Source: Chromera velia (Eukaryota). Taken from it: a DNA stretch of 58,402 nt. The notes under the pieces were generated by a model. That model had not been told where the DNA came from. It did no database searches and saw only the letters and a program-made list of their open reading frames with translations. A program made the translations under genes and the position numbers. This document shows, one piece after another, positions 12,935 through 26,145 of the stretch. Numbering within the stretch: the first letter of the stretch is position 1; every line of letters begins with the position of its first letter. The DNA is taken from NCBI GenBank assembly GCA_018398765.1, contig JAHBMJ010000075.1, positions 1-58,402 on the forward strand. The letters run 5' to 3'.

Positions 12935-15805
12935 CTTTTAAACCTTTGTACGTTCTATCTCCTGTTTGGCCTTGATGTCCTGCTCGATAAGGTAGGCGAC
13001 TTTGAGCATCAGATCCTTCAAAATCTTCACAGTGGTCTTTTACATCTTCATCACCCTGTGGAAAGTCTCATCTTCATAAGCAGAGACCCTGAGGTTCTTT
13101 ATGACGATCACATCAATCCAATCATGAAGATCAATCGTCTTCTGATCGTGACTGGAGACGTGTTTCAGGAAAGTGGTGATGTTCACCTGTGCATCACCCT
13201 AGCTTCAACATGCTCCGCTGAGCCATATACTCTGCTCGTTACATTGTGAGGTTGAAGGCATTTTCAGAGCTGCACGTAGTGCGCGCATGTCGAGCCTATG
13301 GCATATATATATGTGCATGTATGTATTGTATTAATTGGTTCGCATGCAAGTCAATTCAGAAATACAGTCTTGCCTGTGTGTAAGACTAAAGAGAAGTATG
13401 AACAATGCATGTCCGACCCTCAGATCTTATAGCCCCGTACGTTAGCAGCGCCATAACTCTACGTGGCAGCAGAGTAGGTCGGTCAGGGACCAATCTGTTC
13501 TGTTTATGATCAGAGACGAATCTCTGTATCGTTGAACGGTAGACGGCAGGCATTCTTTCGCACCAAATGACGATCTTCTCTGGGTGCATTGAGTCTGTTC
13601 ACTTTTCAGAGTTCTTGTAGGTCTTTCTCTTGTTGTTGCGATGACGTTGAGGCCACATGGAGAAGTGGGCCCGATTTTCTGTGCAATTGCGTTCCTCGTA
13701 AAAAGTGTAGAGGAATTGAAGGACGTCTCCGTTGCGACCCTGGATGGCCGATACGAGTCTGTTTGTCTTTTTCTGTCCGGAGTCGCTGAAGAAATGCAGC
13801 GATAGTTGCCCTCGGGATCTATGGGCAAGAAGAAATGCAGAGCGAGGAAGGGTCGCAAGCAATCGAAGGACATCATTCAGGAGGGTCGAGACGAAGAGCC
13901 GGAAAAGAAGAAGAAGACGCGTCGTGGTTTGCGTTTTTCGAAGACCCAATGGAATGAGAAGGCCCTCGGATAGACACACAGCAAGAGAGATGGGAAGAAA
14001 TCGGATAACGACCAGACTGCCTCCCCAGTGAAGCGGAAGGAAGCAGATGGGTTCAAGGCGCACAGACCTTTACATACTCCGCATGCGCCCACAGACGACT
14101 GGGGACCCCAACGCCCTCAGAGTGATGTTGTGGTGAGTGAACCCCAAACAGCAGTAAAGAGCTTCACAGCGACACCGGGTTTCCAGGGAAGTGACCAAGG
14201 AGGAGAGACCCCATTTGTTCAAACTGCAGGGACGATGTTTGATTTTCAAGGGTACAACAATGCAGGAAAATATAAATTCGAAGCAGTATTGCCGGTAAGT
14301 CTTTCCGGACACGAGGATGCAGACATGGGAAGCGGAGACAGTCAGTGGGAGATCAGTCAGAAAGCAGCATCCCTTTTTCCAGAGTCAGCGCCGTTCATTG
14401 GCGGAGAAACTGAAGTGGCCCCCATGAGGATTGGGAGAATAGAACTGACCCAAAACGCAGGAAGGGCAGAGAGAAAGAGAGAGAAGCAGAGAGCAAAGAG
14501 AGGGGCAAAACAAATGGAAAGACATGCAGCGCTGCTGAACATGATCTGCTCAGCTCGCGCTCAAGATCATGAGATGCCTCCCGGTGGAGTTCCGTATAGA
14601 GAGGGATTCAGTGCACAGACACCAGAAGTGGGGAGACGAGTTAGGCCTGTCTGCACTGGAATTCGATCAGGCCTGATGGAAAAAGAAAGAGTGCAACTGA
14701 TATTCGAACGCTAAGAGCGAGAACGTACTGCTGCCTTAAACATGATAAGGCAGAACATGATGAGACAACAGCGTTCAGGTATGACCGAATGGAAGGGGTA
14801 CAGCCGACAGTCTTGAGATCAGATTGAGGAGACGGTATTCACCCCGCTGTAACAGTCCCATTTNNNNNNNNNNNNNNNNNNNNNNNNNNNNNNNNNGTGT
14901 TCGATCATCTGTTCCATGCATGGAGCCCATTTGTTTTTTTTTCAGCTGCGTCTGCCTTTGACTTCATCTGCATGGCCGTGTGGACATGGCTTGGAGGAGA
15001 GGGGGCATGTGTGTAGGTAGGAAAGAGGCAGTGCATCTTTGTCCCTCCACCTGAGCAGAAGTGAAATGCAGGATGGACAAGAAAAACAGAGATGAGAGCA
15101 TATGAGAGAGGAGTCGAAAGATACAAGAAGAAGAGAAGACAGAATGTTCTAAATCGCTGGGCAAAAGCTTCAAACATCATCAACGTCCCGAACCCGGTTC
15201 TAAGAATGCTCTGTAGAGACATGCACGTCAAGCCTGATTGCTCTCGTCTTGTGAAATAAACCTCGCAACCCCTGTCTGAGTTCAACAGCTGAGTACATCC
15301 ATATGAAAGTGTCGGGACGACACTCCGGGGGAGGTGGCACGTTACATTGTGAGGTTGTAGGCATTGTCAGAGCTGCACGTAGTGTGCGCATGTCGAGCAT
15401 ATGGCGTATATATATGTGCATGCATATATTGTATTAATTGGTTCGCATGCAAGTCAATTCAGAAATACAGTCTTGCCTGTGTGTAAGACTAAAGAGAAGT
15501 ATAAACAATGCATGTCCGACCCTCAGATCTTATAGCCCCGTACGTTAGCAGCGCCATAACTTTACGCTGCTAACTGTTCCGGATGCTGTGAGTGGCAGTG
15601 TGCGCCTGCAGGACTGAAGCCGGAGCCCTCCTGCAACGTCACCTAGGAAACCTTTTTCTTCTTTTTGCAGATGAGACATTCATACTTCCTTTTCATAATC
15701 TCTTCTTTATCATTTTTCTTCTTTGTTCCTTCTATAGGAGTCTGGTTGAAAAAAAGTTTGAAAATCTATTTGGGGCGGAGGGCAAATATTTTAGGACGAC
15801 ATGGT
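12935..15805 (-). pseudogene. Decayed BED-finger hAT-like transposase N-terminus, split by the LTR element
   Basis: Minus strand reads KLFFNQ...KRKYECLICKKKKKVS*VTLQEGSGFSPAGAHCHSQHPEQLAEY (BED-type C-x2-C...H...H). The frame is restored across the insertion when the element and one TSD are removed. After a frameshift it reads WIDVIVIKNLRVSAYEDETFHRVMKM*KTTVKILKDLMLKVAYLIEQDI, which resembles the post-BED segment of hAT transposases. Confidence 0.6.
13237..15566 (+). mobile_element. LTR retroelement with 227-bp LTRs, CG...CG termini and 5-bp TSD; internal region interrupted by an assembly gap
   Basis: LTR1 13237-13463 and LTR2 15340-15566 differ at about 9 positions. TSD CTGCT at 13232-13236 and 15567-15571. 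TGG-starting PBS-like tract directly after LTR1 (TGGCAGCAGAGT). Purine tract GGGGGAGG just before LTR2. Internal ORF 14028-14714; N gap 14864-14896. Confidence 0.85.
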
Positions 15806-17788
15806 TTGATACTCGACAGGCTCTTCTATAGTAACAAAGCTGACAGACAAACGCTGCTGCTTGGCATCATTCGTAGATCGGACGGTTTTTCATGGTCATT
15901 TTATATGTAAAACTGTAGTGATTATGACTGTCATATAAGAAGCCGCATATATATATATATATACATGCCGTAGCGGCGTATAAGCAGTGCCGTGGCGGCG
16001 TATATAGCCCGCGCTCGCGCGGCTACAGCGCGGGGCGGTACAGCGCGGCACGGCCAGCGCCTCCTAAAACAGAGTGGACTCCAAAGTAGGACTTAGTGGA
16101 ATTCAAAGTGACTTTTAAATTTACTATATTCTAGCTTCATTATAAAGTAAAACTAGGTTACTTAAAGCAATCTAAAGTTTTTTAGAGCATTTAAAATCGT
16201 TAGTTCTGTGCGAATCTGCTCAAATGTGCTCAAAAGACTGGTTGATTAGCTAAGGTGCATGGTGGGAAAAATTATGATCACCGCGGCACGTGGAAGTTAG
16301 TGAATGTTACCTACAAACAAATACACAGGCACAACACTCATGGATATGCTCAACAGCAACGTTTAGCGCCGCCAATCAAGTACAAAGAATTGCTTCTTCT
16401 GCAAGGGAAACCGTGCAGGAAGGAGGGCTTCACAGCTAGGCTGGTCAGACCGGACAGGAGGCGGTCAGCAGGGGTCGGAGAGGATTCCGAAGAACAGAGC
16501 ATAGAGACGACATAATTTTATTTACAAAGAACTCATACTACACGGCGTAAAAGCTTGCAAATCGTTCTGCATGTATCAATGAGAAACTGTGAAAAAGAAG
16601 GACAGGTCTGTAGGTAGATCCAGATGTTCAGAGGGAGACCAGTACGGAGTGCCACAAATGAGAAAGGATGAGCAAGTAAGGAGCACTTGCGTCAGGATAG
16701 TATAGACCGCTTTGAAAGACTGACACATATGGAGCAAGTGGAAGACATTCAAATACATAAAAGCTGAGCGATTGGTCTGGGTGGAAAAATGTCTGGCACG
16801 ACTGAGAGCTGTGCAAAGCTTCAGAAGAGGCGGTCAAAAAATGGAGGCTCCAGCAGACTCTCCGTCGACCCTCTCTTACTGACCTCCCTTGTGCGTTTCT
16901 GTCAAGCTCCTAACAGGACAAAGAAGCTGGATGCTAAGCAAATCATCATACAAAGCGAGAGAGCAAGCCGCGCTTCCTTAACTGACCTGCAGGTGTTCCC
17001 AAGTCTCCGTCCACCAACACCTGCAAACACGGAGGGACAAGCGTTCACGCTTTGTGCAGTCAAGGAAGCACTTCTGTCCAGCTTATTCTGCACGCACAAG
17101 GTTCCAAGGATAAAACCAAGAGCCTAAGAAGCAGCGGGTCCGGACAGGCTGACCTGGGGGTTGACCCCGGGGCTTCCAAGACTGTGACCTGCAAGGAAAG
17201 AGTAAGGAGAGCGATGAAGGCAGCAGTACTTTAATACCTAGATAAGGCTGGCAGCCCTTCCCCGCTTGAACAGGAGGAGAAGCAGCAAGCAGAAAGACGT
17301 TAGAAACAAGATCAAGACGGCTGGTGTCCACTGGACCCACCTCCAAGCTCCACTTCATGCCGACCGAAGATGTTCCAGCAACCCCCGTCTCCTCCAGAGC
17401 CCCGAAAGTGCACTCCCGAAAAAAAAAGTCAAAACCGAGAAAACGCTCTGTCAGACATCTTCTGAAACCATCAGAAGACATCTGAGAGAGCGCTTTTTGT
17501 AACAACATTTCTGTGGGGAAAGTCCGTTTGCTCAGAGGTTCAGAACTCCGCAGTTTTGAACCTGTGGACCTTCAAGATGGACAAGAGACTTCAGACCCGA
17601 TTATTGGCCGACAGAGGCAAAGTCGGCTGCGTGCGTCGAAGGGGCAGGGTGCCGCCACCCCTTCTGGCCCCGTGGCGGCGCCTCCCAGACCTACGATGAG
17701 CCCATGTCTGGACCTGGCGGCGGGGGGGTTTGACCCCCCTGGCCCAAGGTTCAGAAGTGCAGACTTCTAAACCTCGGGGGGGGGGGGA

Positions 17789-17912
17789 TGTCCGACCTAA
17801 CTCGAGGTCCCTGACCCAAAACAGTCACAGAACTCGAGGTTCCTGACCCAAAACACTCACAGAACACGTTTCTTGAGTGTTTTGGGTCAGGGACCTCGAG
17901 TTGGGTCGGACA
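17789..17912. repeat. Palindromic element with a duplicated left arm
   Basis: TGTCCGACCTAACTCGAGGTCCCTGACCCAAAACA is inverted at 17878-17912; a second direct copy of the arm lies at ~17832-17863. Confidence 0.7.
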
Positions 17913-17914
17913 CT

Positions 17915-18197
17915 CTTCCAGCAATTCATAACTTGCTTCTTTGGAACCCCAAAGCTCGATTTTTACTTCCTTAGACGACCCAGGGGACGCTGTGTCGGCA
18001 TGTGTCAGTCTGTCATGAGTTTGTTTTTACCGAGATCGGCCCTTCCTCAGTAAAAATTTTGAAATTGTCACACAGACCGTATAAGAAAACAGGCTTCCAG
18101 CAATTCATAACTTGCTTCTTTGGAACCCCAAAGCTCGATTCTTGCTTCCTTAGACGACCCAGGGGACGCTGTATTAGCATGTGTCGGCCTGTCATGC
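17915..18197 (+). repeat. ~100-bp direct repeat pair
   Basis: CTTCCAGCAATTCATAACTTGCTTCTTTGGAACCCCAAAGCTCG... at ~17915 and ~18094. Confidence 0.8.
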
Positions 18198-18414
18198 ATG
18201 GGTTGAAATTATTCATATGTATGTATGATACAAAACCATTGTCATGATTCCTCTCATCAAGAGCTATCTTTCCCTACCAAATGGACTTGCCTGAATTGAA
18301 TCTCAGTTGATAGAGGCCTCCTAGCCCCCTTTCTCCCGGTGTTACTCAGGTCGGCCTCCCGCACGTACGTGGACAGCATTTCTATGATCTCCTCGAGCTC
18401 GTCAGTCCAAGCCT

Positions 18415-20833
18415 CAAATTTGAATTTCCGAACCAAAGTGCTCCTCACCCACCCAGAAGCTCTCCAGGAGCGCTCTGCATGGAACCAAATCATTGAAATG
18501 ACTCACACGCTGTTGATGAAGTACTCTTTTTCCAGCAGCTGGGATGCCATATATCGATATAATATATATAGAAAGCCGATTTCTTAAAAATTATTTGTTG
18601 AATTTGAGTAAAATCGGCTTTTCCGGCCGTCGAGGGCCCCGGCATGCCACGCCACAGGTCATGCATGCAGCCGGGGCCAAAATTGCGCGCACAGCGCCCT
18701 GCGGGCCGGGGGCCTGACAATGCATTAATGCGCGCCGCGTGTGTGCCCTCCTCCCATGCAATGTGTATGCAACTTGCCCGGCACCATACACATCCTTAGG
18801 TACGCTTTGCGGATTCGCTTATGGTTTTGTGCACTTTCTTTAGACTTTCTTTAGTCTCACCGCTTCTGTAAGTGTCTGGTGTTTTCTTTCGATTTCCTTT
18901 GATTGTTTTTTTTTTTTTTTTATTAGTTGATCGATCGTAGATTTTTATTGCACATAACTGTGTTGGCTATAAGTAAGGATAAATAAGCCTTAGTAAGGAC
19001 AATCATGAAATAACAAAAAAAAAACTAAGAATCTCGGTACCTTTTAATTAGGTTTTAGATCAACTAAACGACTCAAACTCAGAAAAATTTAATTTGACCA
19101 TTGCTTTTCTATAACATGCCGCAGGTTTTAACTCCATACATTTTTGTTTTAAATTTTTTTTAGACATAAAAACTTTTTTGAATATTAAATCTCTTATAGT
19201 TTATTATAGTTTTGACCATTCAGGATCAGTCAAGATCTAGGTCAAGATACAAGAAAAACTTCTATAGTATGAATCATGTTTTTAAAAGTCCGACTTGAGG
19301 GCAAAAGTCCACTTTTAAAGGCACAAGCCTGTGAGTGAATAGTTGAAGAAGTGAGGGGAAAACCTCAGCATTTGTAGGCATCCTCCTTTTTGTCCCCTTG
19401 AAGACTTAGTTCCTGCTTATTATCGCTGTCTCTTGTTTTGTTGAGTGCCTTCTCGATCGCGTCGGATATCCTTTGCTTCCGCTCTTCCACTTGCGTTTGC
19501 TCGTTACCTTTGGACTTTTTCTACATCTATCTCAGTCTATGTATATCTCGCTGCACTTTTTCGTCTGTTGCTCTATTTTTGGTCTATCTTGCTGAATGCA
19601 TCTGTTGCTCTGTTTCTGCTGTCNCAAATTTGAATTTCCGAACCAAAGTGCTCCTCACCCACCCAGAAGCTCTCCAGGAGCGCTCTGCATGGAACCAAAT
19701 CATTGAAATGACTCACACGCTGTTGATGAAGTACTCTTTTTCCAGCAGCTGGGATGCCATATATCGATATAATATATATAGAAAGCCGATTTCTTAAAAA
19801 TTATTTGTTGAATTTGAGTAAAATCGGCTTTTCCGGCCGTCGAGGGCCCCGGCATGCCACGCCACAGGTCATGCATGCAGCCGGGGCCAAAATTGCGCGC
19901 ACAGCGCCCTGCGGGCCGGGGGCCTGACAATGCATTAATGCGCGCCGCGTGTGTGCCCTCCTCCCATGCAATGTGTATGCAACTTGCCCGGCACCATACA
20001 CATCCTTAGGTACGCTTTGCGGATTCGCTTATGGTTTTGTGCACTTTCTTTAGACTTTCTTTAGTCTCACCGCTTCTGTAAGTGTCTGGTGTTTTCTTTC
20101 GATTTCCTTTGATTGTTTTTTTTTTTTTTTTATTAGTTGATCGATCGTAGATTTTTATTGCACATAACTGTGTTGGCTATAAGTAAGGATAAATAAGCCT
20201 TAGTAAGGACAATCATGAAATAACAAAAAAAAAACTAAGAATCTCGGTACCTTTTAATTAGGTTTTAGATCAACTAAACGACTCAAACTCAGAAAAATTT
20301 AATTTGACCATTGCTTTTCTATAACATGCCGCAGGTTTTAACTCCATACATTTTTGTTTTAAATTTTTTTTAGACATAAAAACTTTTTTGAATATTAAAT
20401 CTCTTATAGTTTATTATAGTTTTGACCATTCAGGATCAGTCAAGATCTAGGTCAAGATACAAGAAAAACTTCTATAGTATGAATCATGTTTTTAAAAGTC
20501 CGACTTGAGGGCAAAAGTCCACTTTTAAAGGCACAAGCCTGTGAGTGAATAGTTGAAGAAGTGAGGGGAAAACCTCAGCATTTGTAGGCATCCTCCTTTT
20601 TGTCCCCTTGAAGACTTAGTTCCTGCTTATTATCGCTGTCTCTTGTTTTGTTGAGTGCCTTCTCGATCGCGTCGGATATCCTTTGCTTCCGCTCTTCCAC
20701 TTGCGTTTGCTCGTTACCTTTGGACTTTTTCTACATCTATCTCAGTCTATGTATATCTCGCTGCACTTTTTCGTCTGTTGCTCTATTTTTGGTCTATCTT
20801 GCTGAATGCATCTGTTGCTCTGTTTCTGCTGTC
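18415..20833 (+). repeat. Exact 1209-bp tandem duplication joined by a single N (probable assembly artefact)
   Basis: 18415-19623 equals 19625-20833; N at 19624. Confidence 0.85.
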
Positions 20834-21925
20834 GCGGGTTTGCAGTTTTGCTGGCCCAATGCAAGGAATGGCACCATTCCTTGCGGCAGCCTACCGCCAG
20901 GACTTTGAAAACATTCCTCAAGTCCGTGGTGGTCAGTGGGGTGGGGGACTGTCAGCATCCGACTGACTGTTTTTTCTGTCGAAGAATCTTTCCTGCTTCA
21001 TCAATCAGTTTTTTTTTAGATCCTGTCTATTTTTGTATGTTAATCGGGAGACAGCAAGCCAGGTTAGGTTTGCGTCCTTTCCTCTAGCCCTTCCTTGTCC
21101 ATCTATCCGGTTAGCAAAACCCCCTTTTTCCTCTCAACAGGTACCCTGAAGAAAGAAAAACATAAACAGATAAAAGAAAAGAGTAAGCAAGGAAGGGGAA
21201 ACCAAGCAAAAGAAAAGAAAGAAAGATCGACTTCACGGTTTTGCATTGTTTTTTTGATTTTTTGAAATCATCAATTTGTCTTTCTCTAGCTGTCCCGTGG
21301 ATTTGGCTTTCTTTGCTTAATTCTTGAAATTGTCCTTCAAGCCTCCACAATAATCCAGAAGTACGCAAAACAACTAACGGCAGAGCACTTCAACACTGCA
21401 CTTGGTGTGTTTCTGGCGCGGGTTCCGACAGAATCGGGTGAGTCTGCATGTATGAGTGCGCCGATGGGGAACTTCAAGCACTGGGCGCTGAAGTCTTTTA
21501 GGGAAGAGTTGGGCGGCATATCTCATAGACAGCATGTCTTCTTCAGTTCTTCTCGGTCTGCTCTCTGTGTGTCCAGAAGTCAATAACATGAGAATAACCT
21601 TCTTTTTTCTCCATTCCTCCCTCTCTCTCTCTTGTCTTTATTTGTCTACCTGTCTGTCTGTCTGTCTGTCTGTTCTTCTCTTTCTTGTCTTGAGTGGAAG
21701 CAGTAAAGGATTAGCATATGAAACCAGTGATCACATGAAAGTCTGTCGGAAGGTGGAGAGGCAAGGGATGCTTAACTCTCACCTTTCGGGCCCTCTGCCC
21801 ACGCTGTTTAATTATTGGTGATATTCTTTTGTTTTTATTTTTTCTTTCTTTTTGTCTTTTATGTTCATGAAGAAAAGGAGGGAGAAGAAGACGAAATATG
21901 TAGTCTGTGTCTCTCTCTCTTACCC

Positions 21926-21958
<33 letters not shown>

Positions 21959-22084
21959 TCTCTCTCTCTCTCTGAGTATGCGTGTGCATCCGTGGGCGCG
22001 TGTGTGTGCTTACCTATGTCTATATCTGTGTATGTGCATGCGTGTATGCATGCATACGTCCATCCGTATGCCTCCTGTATGCGG

Positions 22085-22308
22085 GTGTATATGTGCATGT
22101 GTGTGTATATCTGTATATGTATATATGTGTGTGTATGTGTGTGTGTGTATGTGTGTATGTGTATGTGTATATGTATGTGTGTGTGTGTATATGTATGTAT
22201 ATGTGTGTATATGTGTGTGTGTGTGTGTGTATGTGTATGTATGTGTGTGTGTGTGTGTGTGTATGTATATATGTGTGTATGTGTGTGTGTGTGTGTGTGT
22301 GTATGCGT

Positions 22309-22339
<31 letters not shown>

Positions 22340-22364
22340 TCTGAATATGTCACATTATGTGTAT

Positions 22365-22456
<92 letters not shown>

Positions 22457-22528
22457 GTGTGTGTGTGTATGTCTGTGTGTATGTATGTATGTGTGTATGT
22501 GTATGTGTGTATGTCTATATGTGTGTAT
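22085..22528 (+). repeat. (TG)n/(TATG)n/(GA)n compound microsatellite
   Basis: Directly visible. Confidence 0.9.
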
Positions 22529-24363
22529 TTGCTGCAAAGGACAGCCCACAAACTGGGTAGACTTCCACGGTGACTATACTATTATGGAGGCAGCTCTAAG
22601 GACTTCCCACTGCAGTAGCTGCAGGCGTGGCCCACCTCAAGCACAAATGGAAGAAATGGATCGGTCGGCTGGTCGGCTCCATTTAACGGTCTTTCTCTTT
22701 GAATGGAAGCAAAAGGGTACTGAGCAGAGGAGAGGAGAGGAGAGCAAGGATCCACAAAATCTGTCTGTATGTCTGCCTTACAATTTGAACCACATATGTG
22801 AAAGGGGGGAAGAGCCTTTGTATACGGCGACTTGTTTTGAGCATTCATGTAGACGGAATGAAGTACAACTTTGCTTTCTTCCAGTCGTCTTTGTCTTACT
22901 TTGCTCAACGTTTCTTTACTGTCTATATTTCTTCATGCAATGTATACGCAAAGGGCGGGGGAAGAACGGACAACACGGGGGAAGAATACCAGTGTCTGAG
23001 CTATTTCAATCCAACCTTCTATTAAATATGAGTATGGGGTTTGCATGTGAACATGCGTCACTGCAGGAGCTAATTTCAGATCTCAAAAATGGTGGGCCAT
23101 AACCCATTCAATTGATAGTTGCTACTTCTCTATTTCTATCTGAACGCCATGGTTTCTGCCTGCCCTGTGAGTTCACAAACTGAGTTTTGCATCCCTAATG
23201 TTGTTTTTTGATGTTGTTGTCTTCTCTCTGTCACTTTCCTTTTCCTCTTTGTTTGGACTCCTACACTCCTCACGAGTTTGCAAATGCGCGGTTGTTGCAT
23301 AAAAGATGCAAAAAGAGAGTGAGCGGTCTGTCTAGCTTTTTGTGGAAGTGCACCTGTATGTGTTTCTTTCTCAAAACTAGAATCTCTTTATTCGGAAAGG
23401 AAGACAGGTCCTACCCTCCCTACATCCTGAACGTGCTTCCTCTCTCACCATCCCTCCCCTCCGTCTCCTCTCTCTTTATCTGTATGTGTGCATTTATGCA
23501 CGCGCGCGCATACGTGTGTATGTGTGCATGTGTCTCTTCATATGTCCAGTCTCCCAAGACTGTTTGGCTCCGGTGAGCTGTATTCACTGTCTGTTTCCCC
23601 ACGGCCTCCTTGTAGATGAATACTTTCGATGTTTTTCGCCTTTGTCCCTTTCCTTAACACTTGTTTTGGTTGTTTCTTTTCTCTCCTCTCTTCTCTTTTC
23701 TTTGCTTCTTGGCATCTGCAGAGAAACGCCGACCTGCTACGGAGAGAGCCCTTCATAATGAGGCCCAGACGTACGATCAGGTAGAAGGGCAGGTCAAAAA
23801 CCGGCGTCGCCTGTAAAACAGCCCAAAAGAAGACATGGGAGTGGCTATTGAAAAACGGTAGACCAAAAAATGCTTTTAAGATAACAGAAGAGCTTCCCTT
23901 GAGTCCGCAAGTTCGAAAAAGATGCGACAAAGCTGCAGGAGACATGACTTGACTGTGCTGCCATTGTGGGTCCTTAATTCCAACATATTATTTTCATTTT
24001 CAAGCATGTTCAAACTTCTTTTTTTTCTGCGTCAATTTCTTCTTGTCAGGTATGCTTGAGATCTGTGCGAATTAATGCAGCGGATTTAAATATTTTTTTT
24101 GAAGCTTCGCCATCAAGAATTAAAATAGGCGTGACTGGATATATATGTAAGGCCAATACAGAAAGACTAGAGTGACTAAAAGAATCTTCAAATCTGATTC
24201 ATTTCAATCTCAGCTGCACCTCACTTTGTTTATTCCCTCCCTCCCTCACTGTGTGCTTGTAGAGAAGGTTGAGAAGAATCTCTTTGGTGATTTCTTTAGT
24301 AAGAGAGGATAAGAGGGGCAGCCGAGCTACAAGAAAAGCTGGTCAGTCATTTGTACTTGTGAG

Positions 24364-24645
24364 CCATCCATTTTGGAGGAGGCATGATACCAATGGCATA
24401 GCAAAAGAAAAAGAACAAAAAAAACCATTCATTTTAGAGGGGGCATGATGCCATAGCAAAAGAAAACAAAAAGAAAAAAAAAAGTCATCCGGCCGTTTTG
24501 GAGGGGGCATGATGCCAATGGCATGGCAAAAGAAAAAAAAAGCCATCTGTTTTGGAGGGAGCATAATGTCATAGCAAAAGAAAAAGAAAAGAAAAAAAAA
24601 AAACATCCATTTTGGAGGAGGCATGATGACATGACAAAAAAGATG
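24364..24645 (+). repeat. ~60-bp tandem repeat x5 with A-rich tails
   Basis: CCAT(C)C.TTTTGGAGG.GGCATGAT...CAT.GCAAAAGAAAA units. Confidence 0.75.
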
Positions 24646-26145
24646 CGGATAGATGAAGATAAAGGCGGGAAAGGGATAGAGAGCAAGCAAAGAAAGATAT
24701 TCCCACTGGTAAATAGATAGTCTTGAACGAGTATGTAAATCATGAGCTAGCATATGAGAAGCAGTCTACTGAAGGATGTCTTAAATGCAGATGGGCGTGC
24801 ATTCTCTCAAAGCACACACACCGACACACACACACACGCACTGGGTGTTCTCTCTCTCTTCCGACTAATTCGTTTCTCCAAGATTGACAGCTGGGTGAAT
24901 TCATTCGATTACAGTCCCTTCCATCAAGCTAGGGCAACGCATGGCCTTTCGATTGAGACAGTGCATGCAGGTACATGAAATCAAAAGTGGAAGAGTCGAA
25001 GTGTGCATGGCCGGGAAGAGCGATGCGGATCGAGAGACAGCAATGCCAGAAGGAATCGGTCAAGAGAAAAGGTCGCCTCAGTGAAAGACTGTATGGAAAA
25101 ATAGACATCTTTTCCTCTGAAAGTCATCAAACATATGCATAAATTTCAAAGCAGTCTACTTAGAAAAAGAAGGTGGACATATGTGAATGTTAAAATACCG
25201 GTATTTATGTCTGTCTGTCTTTATATTTCACCACACATATATAGGGCCTAGGTATAGGGCTCCTCATCTGTGTATCTGCATCTCTCGAACCAATTACGCC
25301 TTCACTGTTTTATTTCTGTACTTGTTCAACCACATTTGAGAGAGTCCTTTCTGTATTGGTCGTTTGTTGTGGCGACTTCTCATTCTTTGTGGTACGTTGG
25401 GTGTATGGGTGGGTGGGTTTGTGTGTGTATAAATGTTTAGCTATTGATAAAAAACTTTGTTGTTTATCCCTCATCCTTTTGCGCAGAAAGGCCAGAGAAG
25501 GATTTTTTTTTCGACGTTGAGCATATGGACCTCAAGTTCGAGCTATATAAGAGCAGGACCATGGTATAAAGTGAAATAATCCTGAAGCCAGTCGGAGGTG
25601 AGTCGACTCCTCTGGTTGCATCGACTCTTGTCTTACTTGTGATTCAATCTGACCGTGACCGTCACAGTCATTTCCTGGTGGCAGCTCTTTGTTCCTGCAT
25701 CTGTTCAATGGCATTCGAGAGAGTCCTGTCTATGTTGGCTGTTTGTCGTGGCGAGTTGTTATTCTGTACGTATGTATGTGGGAGTGGATAGGTATAGGTA
25801 GTCTTTTTCGCTTTTGTTCGTGTCCCGGCGGCCAGTCAGCGATCTAATTCCGCATTCCTAGGTTTTTTGTCTCTCCATACTTTCAGTCCTTCTTCTATCC
25901 TTTGGTCTGTCTTTTATTTGACCTTTCTTTGTCCTTCAATCAGTCAGTTAGTCATTCAATTGTTCAATCATCTATCGAATCACTCAGATTTAGTCAGAAA
26001 GACGGTCATGATCCAATCAATGTTGGTCAAAATCGGTGCTGGGTTGCTACTGTGTACCAAAGTGTAGGAATACTTTACCCTCGCGTACCAGGTTTCTACG
26101 ACGGTAAATCTGGTCACTATCTTCCACAAGATCCTCAACAAAACT

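Noticed and set aside
16240..17770. Coding-like composition, possibly a decayed mobile element (similarly 1-760)
   Set aside because: All frames are broken and no diagnostic motif was recognised.
18415..20833. Apparent recent 1.2-kb tandem duplication
   Set aside because: The copies appear identical and are joined by a single N, typical of an unmerged contig overlap.
21815..22573. Long Cys/Val- or His/Thr-rich ORFs (also K/E/R-rich ORFs at 1585-1918 and poly-F/R ORFs at 31573-32021)
   Set aside because: These are translations of microsatellites.
21300..23950. Exon-like fragments, one with AHLKHKWKK faintly resembling a MULE transposase
   Set aside because: No consistent open frame could be assembled and the motif match is too weak.
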